This document shows, one piece after another, positions 17,794 through 26,196 of a stretch of 43,298 bases of DNA (positions are counted from its first letter, which is position 1; each line of letters begins with the position of its first letter). A program made the translations under genes and the position numbers. Below the pieces are notes generated by a model. It saw only the letters and a program-made list of their open reading frames with translations, searched no databases and was not told the origin of the DNA. The stretch is from an uncultured Eubacteriales bacterium (GTDB taxonomy: Bacteria; Acidobacteriota; Aminicenantia; Aminicenantales; Aminicenantaceae): the NCBI GenBank assembly GCA_964526905.1, contig CAZGMN010000001.1, positions 1 through 43,298 of the forward strand, written 5' to 3'.

Positions 17794-18980
17794 TCCACCT
17801 CACTTCTGATTGTTTCTAAGGGTCTCACCTTTCCCGCTTTCCAAGAGGGATAGAGGCCGCTGAAAAGTCCGACCAGGCTGATCAAGCCCATGGTAAAGAC
17901 GACCAACAAAGAGTCGATCTTGACCAGTCCGCCACTCGGCGTATAAGGCAAAACACGACGGATCAAGAGGTCGGTGATCTTCGAAGTGCCAAGCGCCAAC
18001 ACAACCCCGATCAACCCACCTGTAAAGCAAAGAATCAATGTTTCAAACCACACCAGTCTAAAAATATCCTTGGCCAAGGCACCCATGGCTTTTAAGATCC
18101 CGATTTCCTGGCGCCTTTCCATAACGGACATCAGAATGGTGTTGACAACACCCATGATAGAGATGAGGACGGCAATCAAAGCTATGGAGAAAACCATCAC
18201 TTTCGCCGTGGAAACGAGTGTCATGATCGTGTTCTTGACCTGAGATAGGCTCACGACCTGGACATCGGGCAGAGCATACATCCTTTCTTCAAAGCCGGAG
18301 ATATCTGTCTCCTTTTTTAGTTTTATTCCGATTCCAGTCAACTCGCCCTTGACGCTGAATATTTTTTGCACGGTCGAGAGAGGCAAAAAAATAGTCCCAT
18401 CATCCTGGGTTCCAGTGCGGCTCAATATTCCAACAACTCGAAGCTCAACATTCTTCTCCGGGATAAGGAGCAAATCTCCGACTTCACGCTGTTCGAGCTC
18501 CGCGGCTTCATAGCCGAGTACGGCTTCATAGGCATCTGGATCAGTAAACCAACTGCCGGCTTTAAACTGGAGAAAGCCTTTCATTTGAGGAAATGTTTTG
18601 GGATCAACTCCTAAATAAGCAGCGATACCTCCGCTTTCTCCTTTATTCGGGTCAAAGATCGCCTGCATCACCATTGGAGTTATTTTCTCGACCTCCGGCT
18701 CTTTAGATATTTGCTCGGCGACTTCCTGTTTGAGGTAGCGGAGCCCTGTTCCCCCTTTGAGCATCAAAGTCGCTGCTTCATAAGGGCAGCCCTTGGCTGT
18801 GACAAGCATTTGATAGCCTAAATTATCGATATCTTTGTTCAGAGACAACTCATAGCCTCTGTTGAACCCGAAGAGACTTGTCAAAACCCACGCTGCCAGG
18901 GAAATCCCCAAGATAGTCAAGACGCTCCGTGTCTTTTTCCTGAGAAGATTTTTATAGGCAATCTGAAAAATACTGATCAT
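17790..18980 (-). CDS. FtsX-family ABC permease (MacB/LolC-like, 4 TM plus periplasmic domain)
   Basis: N-terminal YKNLLRKKTRSVLTILGISL, a large periplasmic loop and the C-terminal FtsX motif RRQEIGILKAMGA. GGAGGA SD. Confidence 0.9.
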   Translation of the reverse strand: MISIFQIAYKNLLRKKTRSVLTILGISLAAWVLTSLFGFNRGYELSLNKDIDNLGYQMLVTAKGCPYEAATLMLKGGTGLRYLKQEVAEQISKEPEVEKITPMVMQAIFDPNKGESGGIAAYLGVDPKTFPQMKGFLQFKAGSWFTDPDAYEAVLGYEAAELEQREVGDLLLIPEKNVELRVVGILSRTGTQDDGTIFLPLSTVQKIFSVKGELTGIGIKLKKETDISGFEERMYALPDVQVVSLSQVKNTIMTLVSTAKVMVFSIALIAVLISIMGVVNTILMSVMERRQEIGILKAMGALAKDIFRLVWFETLILCFTGGLIGVVLALGTSKITDLLIRRVLPYTPSGGLVKIDSLLVVFTMGLISLVGLFSGLYPSWKAGKVRPLETIRSEVE

Positions 18981-19636
18981 TGCTCTCTTCCTCCTGATGT
19001 CTTGAAATATTTCAAATACCTGTTGCCAAACAAGAATTCATCCACCAGTATCAAATTCTTTTTTGTGGCTCGAAGGGCGGCTCTAAAGTCTGCATCAGAC
19101 TCAGGAGAAGGGTTTTTTATTTGGCTGATTTTTCCAGCAACAAGCTCTTTCCCTGAAACAACATCATAATTATAGAAGTCCTTGAGATTGAGGCCGACAA
19201 ATTGCTGCCCAAACTTGGCATCTCGGAAGAGACGTGCATTCTTCGAAGTCAGCTTCTGGAAATAGAAAGCTTTGATATTTCCTTCCAAATCCAGGGCCAG
19301 AAAAACTTGAATCCCTCCGTATTGGCCTTTTTGATTCACGCCGTGGATGTAGCCGATGAGCTCGCTTCCTTTATAGACCAGATACATGGTGTAGGGAATG
19401 TCGATGGTTTCAAACAATCCCTTGAAATTTTCTCCCAGCCTCCGTTCAATCTCTTTTAAAAGCGCCTCGCCTCCTTTTTTACTGATGGAAACATAAAGCG
19501 TTTTGTAGCCCGTAGACTCTGGAAAAAAGCGCTTCACATCCCGATCGGGGTCGTTTAAATCGCATCCCACAGCCGCATAAAGAGAGAAATTTAAAATAAA
19601 CAAGATATAGGCCAAGAGAATGATTCTCAATCTCAT
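18977..19636 (-). CDS. Lipoprotein with a degenerate FMN_bind-like domain
   Basis: ORF trimmed to MRLRIILLAYILFILNFSLYAAVGC (lipobox-like). KGQYGGIQVFLALDLEGNIKAFYF and QFVGLNL resemble the FMN_bind core, but the SGAT flavinylation motif is absent. Confidence 0.6.
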   Translation of the reverse strand: MRLRIILLAYILFILNFSLYAAVGCDLNDPDRDVKRFFPESTGYKTLYVSISKKGGEALLKEIERRLGENFKGLFETIDIPYTMYLVYKGSELIGYIHGVNQKGQYGGIQVFLALDLEGNIKAFYFQKLTSKNARLFRDAKFGQQFVGLNLKDFYNYDVVSGKELVAGKISQIKNPSPESDADFRAALRATKKNLILVDEFLFGNRYLKYFKTSGGREQ

Positions 19637-19637
19637 C

Positions 19638-20618
19638 TCATATTCCTTTATAATAATAAACTTGAAACACAATCCTCTTATCCTGAGAAGCGTGGCGGTA
19701 CTGAACCATGGAGCGTAGCGCCAGGTCTGCATTCATCTGAAATGAGATTCCCGCCGAGATCTCATACTCTGAAGACTCTTTCATTTTCCAATAGATTGGC
19801 TGGAGTTCGAATTTCAATCGATTTTCTTCTAGAAAATTAACTCCAAATCGCCAGAAAAGCAGAAAAGCCCTTTCTTCCATTTTTTTGACGGCCATGAGCT
19901 CAATCCTGCTCTCAAAGCTATTCCAAAGATAAGTCCAATCCGCTCCTGCAGACTGGAACGGGACTGGGTCAGATATCAGCAGATGATAGCCCATCGTCTC
20001 CAATATTTTTCCAGAGGCTAATGAAAATCCTAAGCTGAAGTTTTCCTGGGCCAAAATTCCTCTCGAAATCCTGCCGGCAAAAAGATAGTTTCCCTTCAAG
20101 AAAAAAGGCATGCCAGACCCTGTGGTAAAAGATAAAGACAAGCCTCCCCGCTTTAAATCGCGGGAAAAACCAAGTCCCCAATCACGGTCAAATCCATATC
20201 CCATCATGGCCAGAGTGGGTAAGAGTTGGCCATGGCTGTTTAGAGTCGAGGACAATCCGAGAGCAGGTCGATTATGCCCTGCCCAAAGGTTTGAGAAGCC
20301 TGCTTTATAATTGAAATAAGCGTTATAGATTTGCGGCTCTATTCTTTTCCCGCCGGAATGATTATAAGCCAAGCGAACTTGGAGGGCCAAAGCGCCATAA
20401 TCTCTGGTTTTCCCGGAAAGGCGCTGGATGTAGTCAATACCCAGGCTTGGCTTCTGCATTGTATCCTCCTGGGAAACGGAATAAAAAATCAATCGCTTAA
20501 GAGCCCCTGAGTATCCTGCCACTGCCTGTGCTTCTAAATAAAAGAGGTGGCTTTGAGAAAGAGCCAAAACAGGAAAAAGAAAAATCGCCAAAGCCGCAAG
20601 CAAGAATTTCTTAGACAT
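19638..20618 (-). CDS. Hypothetical outer-membrane beta-barrel-like protein
   Basis: Signal peptide MSKKFLLAALAIFLFPVLALSQ. Alternating hydrophobic/aromatic beta-strand pattern throughout. No family was recognised. Confidence 0.6.
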   Translation of the reverse strand: MSKKFLLAALAIFLFPVLALSQSHLFYLEAQAVAGYSGALKRLIFYSVSQEDTMQKPSLGIDYIQRLSGKTRDYGALALQVRLAYNHSGGKRIEPQIYNAYFNYKAGFSNLWAGHNRPALGLSSTLNSHGQLLPTLAMMGYGFDRDWGLGFSRDLKRGGLSLSFTTGSGMPFFLKGNYLFAGRISRGILAQENFSLGFSLASGKILETMGYHLLISDPVPFQSAGADWTYLWNSFESRIELMAVKKMEERAFLLFWRFGVNFLEENRLKFELQPIYWKMKESSEYEISAGISFQMNADLALRSMVQYRHASQDKRIVFQVYYYKGI

Positions 20619-21060
20619 TGAACCTAAATCTGCTCCGATAGACCGCTTCTTTGTTCTTGAAGAAAGTGAGTTTTATCTCCCATCCGCCAGTCATGACAAT
20701 ATTGACCGGAAGAAGATAATCACCCTTTTTGTTCAGCTTAAAAGAGACATCTCCAGAATCATGAGCCCCTGGCATGGAAGGCATCCCATAATTGCCTTTG
20801 ACTTCGAGGTCAGTGAGCCTCTGTCCATTTTTATCGAAGACCTGGACTTTGAGGATCGCAGTCCCAAGCTTGGGCTGTTCGACAAACTTGTAAACAAAAT
20901 AAGTCTTGGTGTCGATCCAGCACTTTTTTCCGCTTCCAGGAAGTTCATTGTAGACTATCTCATTGGCATTACCCCGGCTATGCTGGACAACCATTGAAAA
21001 TCCCAAACCTGCAACCAAAGAAATTAGAATCAAGATAAGACCTTCTTTTAGCAAAAACAT
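20611..21060 (-). CDS. Membrane-anchored FixH/YtkA-like Ig-fold domain protein
   Basis: ORF trimmed to MFLLKEGLILILISL with an AAAGGAGAAG SD. VQVFDKNGQRL...GNYGMPSMPGAH...GDYLLPVNIVMTGGWEIKLTF matches the YtkA/FixH pattern with a Met/His-rich loop. Confidence 0.65.
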   Translation of the reverse strand: MFLLKEGLILILISLVAGLGFSMVVQHSRGNANEIVYNELPGSGKKCWIDTKTYFVYKFVEQPKLGTAILKVQVFDKNGQRLTDLEVKGNYGMPSMPGAHDSGDVSFKLNKKGDYLLPVNIVMTGGWEIKLTFFKNKEAVYRSRFRFNV

Positions 21061-21274
21061 CTTACTTCTCCTTTTGGCGATATTCAGCAATTTTTCAAAC
21101 ATGAAGACTTTATCTTATCTCTATAAAGTATATAATAATAGTAGGAATTAATCAAGATGCTTTATACATGGAATTGCATCTTTTCTCTGGCATGGAAACC
21201 TTTATTAAAGAGAAACGTTTCCAGAAAGGAGAAGTTTGTTGAGGCAGAACTAAGGCAGATAAGAGAAAATCAAG

Positions 21275-23215
21275 CTAATCTTTTCTTATGTTTCTACCCG
21301 ATGGAGACTTCGAAGAGGAGCTTCGATTTGAGGAGTGTCTCACGGCAGAGCCAGGAGATGAGCTTCTAAAGTTTGGAGTTGAACTCCTCGGGCTGGGAGC
21401 CGAGCTTGTCCTTGTTGAAAAGTTTCTTTCGACTCGCGAAGGAATAGAACCTACAGAAGGCGAACGGCGCGAGGAGGAGGGCAAGGAAAACTTTGACCTG
21501 AAGGATGAAGCGGGCAAAATCCTTTCAGAACGAGGCCTTGTCTCTGATTTGGAAGAAAAAGTTTTGGGGGAAGATAGATTCAAACGTCCCCTTTCAATTT
21601 TCAAGGAAAAGGACTTTCTCTCTCTTGATGAAGACGAAGGTGAGGAATTTGAACGAGACGAGGATTGCGACACCCTGGAGGGAAAGATTCTTATTGCCGA
21701 GGTCGAGTTTCTGTTTCGCTCAGCTCTTTCCTGGCTCTGTCGAGCGACCTCAGGTTTTTTCAATGATGACCCGGAGAGGCGACTTTCGAAGCCAGGAGAA
21801 GATATTCTTGAATTTGAGAGTCTTCCACTTTTATCTGATATGCTTCCGCTGCTCGACCCAGAGATTGAACGTCGAATATCGCTGGAAGACCTGCTGGATG
21901 GCAATGATTTCGCCTGAGAGGGAGAAAGAATCTTTCCTAAGACATAGTTTTTGCTCACTGAACGGAGATTTGACCTGGAAAGGACTTGGGCTGCTTTGAT
22001 GTTCTCTGCGCTGAGCCGTTTCAGAGCTGGCCGATAATCAGGCTGTCTGGATGAGAGAGAAATTTTTCCGAGACGAAGGACCTTATCCTGGCTCAACGCC
22101 GCCCGGAAGACAGCTTTGGATTGCAGCTGGTCTTTGCGGACCACGGTTAAAGCGCGGGAATTGGAGGGATAATAGCGGCCATAGTAACGGCCATAAAAAT
22201 TGTTGTTGACAATGACCACCGGATATCCGTAATAGCTTAAAGGACACCAGCCGATGTAATCATAGCCCCAGTACCAGTGAACCCAAGCAGGGCTCCACGC
22301 TCGATGAGGAATCCAATACCAACCCAGACCTAATCTCCACTGCCATCTCCCATAGTGATAAACACACCATCCCCATGGCTCATAGGAAATCCATGTCCAA
22401 CCGATGATAGGATACCAGACCCATCTTCCATAATAATATGGCCTCCAGTCATGATAATAGACAGAGGGAACCCAGACATGGCCATAGGGTTGCTCATACA
22501 TCCAGCGTCCGCTGTCAGCTAACTCAATTTCATAATCTTCGAGCTCAGAGGGAAGGTATCTTCTGGCGACAGGTCGTTGATAGAGTGAATCTCTGGAGCT
22601 GTTCCATTGAGCGAAGCTATCATCAAGGCTTCCATAAAAAAGCATGGGTTCTGAAAGAAAAGATCCGTTGGAAGCCATGAGCTTTTCTTCACTCTCCACT
22701 TCCAAGGAACTTCGCTCTCCTGCCGCTTCCAGTTTTCCCTCAAAGACAAAAAGCTCGGTTTCCTTGTTCTCCCGCACATCGAATCGATAAAGCCCTTCTT
22801 CGATAATATAGAAAGAGGCATCAGGAGTATGAACCTCAAAGCTTCTTTCCCTATCCAAAAAGTTTATCCTCAAATAGACCCTGCCAGAAAGCAGATGGAG
22901 CTTTGCCTCGCCTTCACCATTTTGAGGAAGATTGACAAAATCAAGCTGGGTGTTGCTGTCGATGCGGAGATAGTTTCTGCTGCCAAAATGAACCTCTGCC
23001 CGGCCCTCTCGAGTCCCCAGCTTGTCGCCTTCGATGATAAGCAAATTCACGACTCCTTCTTCATAGCTCGAATCATCTGCCCTCTGAATATAGACATCTC
23101 CCTTGACATAGCTTAACCGAGCAAAAGCATAGTCTTGATTATTTTCCTCGCCATAAATAACGCCGGAGGATACAAAAAGGGCAATAAAGACGATGAAAAA
23201 TAATTTCTTATTCAT
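21275..23215 (-). CDS. FecR-domain / DUF6600-like protein with a long Ser/Arg-rich C-terminal tail
   Basis: ORF trimmed to MNKKLFFIVFIALFVSSG (signal peptide) with a GGAGGAAG SD. It has a FecR-like beta region, a W/Y/G-rich block (YGRWVWYP, WGWCVYHYGRWQW) and a low-complexity S/R/P tail of about 220 aa. Confidence 0.75.
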   Translation of the reverse strand: MNKKLFFIVFIALFVSSGVIYGEENNQDYAFARLSYVKGDVYIQRADDSSYEEGVVNLLIIEGDKLGTREGRAEVHFGSRNYLRIDSNTQLDFVNLPQNGEGEAKLHLLSGRVYLRINFLDRERSFEVHTPDASFYIIEEGLYRFDVRENKETELFVFEGKLEAAGERSSLEVESEEKLMASNGSFLSEPMLFYGSLDDSFAQWNSSRDSLYQRPVARRYLPSELEDYEIELADSGRWMYEQPYGHVWVPSVYYHDWRPYYYGRWVWYPIIGWTWISYEPWGWCVYHYGRWQWRLGLGWYWIPHRAWSPAWVHWYWGYDYIGWCPLSYYGYPVVIVNNNFYGRYYGRYYPSNSRALTVVRKDQLQSKAVFRAALSQDKVLRLGKISLSSRQPDYRPALKRLSAENIKAAQVLSRSNLRSVSKNYVLGKILSPSQAKSLPSSRSSSDIRRSISGSSSGSISDKSGRLSNSRISSPGFESRLSGSSLKKPEVARQSQERAERNRNSTSAIRIFPSRVSQSSSRSNSSPSSSSRERKSFSLKIERGRLNLSSPKTFSSKSETRPRSERILPASSFRSKFSLPSSSRRSPSVGSIPSRVERNFSTRTSSAPSPRSSTPNFRSSSPGSAVRHSSNRSSSSKSPSGRNIRKD

Positions 23216-23399
23216 TTTATTTCTTCCTCCGCTTGAAAAAGAGGCAAGAATCATGCCAGAATTTCTCTCGTGACATAAGAGGAAAAAAAGTTTAATCCTG
23301 TCCTGCTTTAAGGACAGTTGACAACTTATGAAGTCATTAAAACTTGACCTGATATCTTTCTGTCTTATGTCCTTGCTTTCCCCCAGCAACCGATTTGAT

Positions 23400-23427
23400 A
23401 AAAAAAAGGCCCGACTTCAATCGGGCC
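23400..23427 (-). terminator. Rho-independent terminator after the Spy/CpxP-like gene
   Basis: The minus strand reads GGCCCGA-UUGAAG-UCGGGCC followed by U8, about 45 nt after the stop at 23474. Confidence 0.75.
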
Positions 23428-23473
23428 AAAACTTCTGAGCTGTCTGCGCTTCGTCTTTCGAAGCTTTTCCCTT

Positions 23474-24019
23474 CTACCAGCGCCAGCGCCTCATTAAAGG
23501 CCGCCCTCTGCCAGGGCCACCACCTCTTCCCCAAAAAAGGCCCATTCGGCCCAAGGGAAGAAATCTCGAAAATCCTCTCCTTCCAAAAAACCTTGCTCCG
23601 GCAAACCTCCTGAATCTTTCCAACTTTTCCAGCTGCTCGGGAGTGAAAATCTTTCTTATCTCCCTTCTCTGCTCGATAGCCTTCTTCTGATGATTGGCAC
23701 GGAGATTGGATATCTGATCGATGAGAGCATTGATCTCTTTCTGGTCAGACTTGGGGTCGCGAACCAGGGTTTGGAGCTTTTGACGGAGCGGCATCATCTT
23801 TTCCTGGAACTGCTTCATCTCTTCCTGATGAATCTTTCTCAATTCTTCCAGTTTCGACTTCTGCTCAGACGTTAAACCAAGAAAGCCTTTTTGAGGAGGA
23901 GAGGCCTTCGATTCTTCCTTGGTAACTTTTTTCTCTGCCTGGCCAAGACAAGTGGCAGAAAGAAATGTGAAACTCAAGAAGACAAGAGCGATGGCTACGG
24001 ACAGCGCATGTTTTTCCAT
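23474..24019 (-). CDS. Spy/CpxP-family periplasmic chaperone-like protein
   Basis: ORF trimmed to MEKHALSVAIALVFLSF with a GAAAGGAGG SD. Two LTxxQ-type motifs (LTSEQ, FTPEQ) sit in a helical Lys/Glu-rich body, followed by a Gly/Arg-rich tail. Confidence 0.75.
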   Translation of the reverse strand: MEKHALSVAIALVFLSFTFLSATCLGQAEKKVTKEESKASPPQKGFLGLTSEQKSKLEELRKIHQEEMKQFQEKMMPLRQKLQTLVRDPKSDQKEINALIDQISNLRANHQKKAIEQRREIRKIFTPEQLEKLERFRRFAGARFFGRRGFSRFLPLGRMGLFWGRGGGPGRGRPLMRRWRW

Positions 24020-24110
24020 CTTAAACCTCCTTTCTAAGCTCTGAGGTGAATTAGACAACAAAAAAATAAAATCCTTGGAAAAGAATTGGCCGTTCGGTGA
24101 GATGAAGATA

Positions 24111-24133
24111 GGAGTCCTTCGCTGAAGGACTCC
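24111..24133 (-). terminator. Candidate terminator after the fadL/small-ORF pair
   Basis: Perfect 10-bp stem GGAGTCCTTC/GAAGGACTCC with a 3-nt loop, about 45 nt after the stop at 24176. The trailing U-tract is only moderate (UAUCUUCAUC). Confidence 0.45.
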
Positions 24134-24175
24134 TCTTGAAAAGAAAATGATTGAAAGTTCTTAAATTTCTTCAGC

Positions 24176-24373
24176 CTAAATCTTCTTGAGAATAGGCATT
24201 CCTGTTCTTTGTGTTTCCTGGACCTTATAGCCAGCAGGAAGAGAATTCATTGCTCCTTGCCTGATATCTCGAGCAAAAAAATAGATTCTTTGAGTACGAC
24301 CCCCCTTCAGATTGACATCCCTGAAATGGAGATAGTACTTGACCCCTTTGGAATTGGTGAATTCATAAGCCAT
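24176..24373 (-). CDS. Small hypothetical protein (65 aa)
   Basis: ATG start 29 nt after the fadL stop, on the same strand. No family was recognised. Confidence 0.5.
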   Translation of the reverse strand: MAYEFTNSKGVKYYLHFRDVNLKGGRTQRIYFFARDIRQGAMNSLPAGYKVQETQRTGMPILKKI

Positions 24374-24402
24374 TTATTTTACCTCCAGTATGAAATTATT
24401 GG

Positions 24403-25686
24403 CTAGAAAATATAACTTAAGCTTATGCCGAAGAGATGGGCTTTTGAGGAATAAGTGCCTTCTCCCAGATTGGCTCCGGTGAGGGGATGGATGAGTACAC
24501 TTCTATTCGGACTTGTCCGATCAGAGAACATCTCGTACTGATAGGCCACATCGATAACAAGCTTGCCGAGCTTATAGCCAAATCCTGCAGTCAAGGCCAC
24601 CCGGTCTGCATCAGGAAGAATGGGATCCATCGTCGCCACCGGCTGGGGCGTCTGGTCATAAAGAAATCCTGCCCTCAGGGCAAGTTTCTCATTCAATTGA
24701 TACTGTAATCCTGTTCGGAAGAGGCAGCAAAGACTCCAGTTCTCCTGGAACAAATCTTCCTCATCAGGAAAGGGGGCAGGAAGGTCGATGGTAATCGTGA
24801 ATTCTTTGTAGGTGTTCCAGAAGACATAGTTGATATCAGCCGAGAGAAGCAATTTTGGGCTCAGATTAATAGCTGTGCCCAAACAAAAGATATGAGGATA
24901 ATTAAAAGATGTGGAGACATTTCCCCCGGGCGGCACATAGGGCTGGAAAGGCGCAGCAACACCTGTGCTATCGAGGTCGATGGTTCCTTCTAAATCGATC
25001 TTGAACCCGCTGCGCCAATTTAAACCGATGGATATTTTCTCCGCCTTATAAAGAATTCCAGCATTCCATCCCCATCCATCGCCATCACCTTCGATGGAAG
25101 CTGGCACTTCATAAATGCTTCCGCCGTAGGTTCTAAAATCTTGACGAGTCACGAGTTTGAATGTTAAGTCTGAGCGGATGTAGGTCAGGCCGATGCCGGC
25201 AGAGAATTTATCGCTGACCTTATAGGCGATAACAGGGTTGAAGACAAATGACTTCATGTCATCTTTGGTGGAGATATATTTCAAAGGATAATCTGCAGGC
25301 CATTCGGTTCCCAAACCGTAAGGAGAAAAGAATCCGAAGCCAACAACGATTTTGTCGCTGATCTTCTGTGAGATGTAAACGTTTGAAGGATAAAACAACT
25401 GTTTTTTTACATCGTAAGAACTGGAATAGGCGGGCAAGGCCAAAGTTGTCTTGGGCACGATTAAAGTTGTGCCGACCGAAACCTGGGTTCCATCGAGCCA
25501 GGCAATCCCAGCGGGATTGTGGAAGACGGCTGTGGGATTGTTGGCTATAGCTACAAAAGCACCTCCCATGGCCATCGCTGCGGCTCCATGTTCATAGATG
25601 AGAAAACCGCCGCCATGAACAAAGGAGTTAAAGGCTAAAAAAAACAGAAAAGAAAACGTAACGAGAAAAATCTTTCTTTTCATCAA
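24403..25686 (-). CDS. FadL/TodX/OmpP1-family outer-membrane hydrophobic-compound transporter
   Basis: Signal peptide, the N-terminal hatch motif GGGFLIYEHGAAAMAMGGAFVAIANNPTAVFHNPAG, and a C-terminal beta-barrel ending ...SLSYIF. Confidence 0.9.
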   Translation of the reverse strand: MMKRKIFLVTFSFLFFLAFNSFVHGGGFLIYEHGAAAMAMGGAFVAIANNPTAVFHNPAGIAWLDGTQVSVGTTLIVPKTTLALPAYSSSYDVKKQLFYPSNVYISQKISDKIVVGFGFFSPYGLGTEWPADYPLKYISTKDDMKSFVFNPVIAYKVSDKFSAGIGLTYIRSDLTFKLVTRQDFRTYGGSIYEVPASIEGDGDGWGWNAGILYKAEKISIGLNWRSGFKIDLEGTIDLDSTGVAAPFQPYVPPGGNVSTSFNYPHIFCLGTAINLSPKLLLSADINYVFWNTYKEFTITIDLPAPFPDEEDLFQENWSLCCLFRTGLQYQLNEKLALRAGFLYDQTPQPVATMDPILPDADRVALTAGFGYKLGKLVIDVAYQYEMFSDRTSPNRSVLIHPLTGANLGEGTYSSKAHLFGISLSYIF

Positions 25687-25770
25687 AACCTCCTTCCGAA
25701 TACGTTCATTCCTTCTTTTTTGGAATGGCCAGTTTGAATAACCTGTCTCACCTCTTAAGTCTGTCTCAAG

Positions 25771-25798
25771 TATTTATAAAAAATAGAGGACAATGTCA
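25771..25798 (-). promoter_or_regulatory. Candidate sigma-70 promoter for fadL
   Basis: The minus strand reads TTGACA, a 15-16 nt spacer, then TATAAA(T), about 80 nt upstream of the ATG at 25686. Confidence 0.35.
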
Positions 25799-26023
25799 AG
25801 ATATATTTGTCAGATTCGTCTGCCAATAGGACTGAACATCTATCATAAAATTTGACCGTTGCTCTCTTCTGTTCAACGAGTATTTTTCAAGAAAAAAAGA
25901 TATAGGAATTTTTCAAATTTAAAATAACCAAAATGAATGGAAATTGAATAAATTTTTGTTTTTTTGAGCTAACTCTTTGTTTTTACACATTTTAAGAAAA
26001 TTAAATATTTTTTAATTTCCCTC

Positions 26024-26052
26024 TTTACAATTGATTTTTTTTACTGTATATT
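26024..26052 (+). promoter_or_regulatory. Near-consensus orphan sigma-70 promoter with an A/T-rich UP-like region
   Basis: TTTACA-17 nt-TATATT, with TG immediately upstream of the -10 and about 150 bp of phased A/T tracts upstream. The next plus-strand gene is 2.4 kb away. Confidence 0.5.
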
Positions 26053-26058
26053 AAGAAA

Positions 26059-26150
26059 GGTTCTCTTTGGCGGGCTGGAGAGAATCCCCACCTTTTTGGT
26101 TCCCATCATCAACCCCCCTTTTGCTGACAACAGCCCGCACTCTTTATGGA
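26059..26150 (+). ncRNA. Candidate small RNA transcribed from the orphan promoter
   Basis: An 8-bp GC-rich stem (GCGGGCUG at 26070-26077 with CAGCCCGC at 26131-26138) encloses three unpaired C-runs (26086-26089, 26102-26104, 26113-26118). It is followed by a U-rich stretch (ACUCUUUAUGG...GUUUAU). It is convergent with the M20 peptidase 3' end. Confidence 0.3.
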
Positions 26151-26168
26151 CAATGTTTATGGCCGATC

Positions 26169-26196
26169 AAAAAAATCGAATTTCTTTTTTATTCGA
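26169..26196 (-). terminator. Weak candidate terminator of the agmatinase/M20 operon
   Basis: The minus strand reads UCGAAU-9 nt-AUUCGA followed by U7. The hairpin overlaps the TAA stop at 26189-26191. The stem is only 6 bp and AU-rich. Confidence 0.35.
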
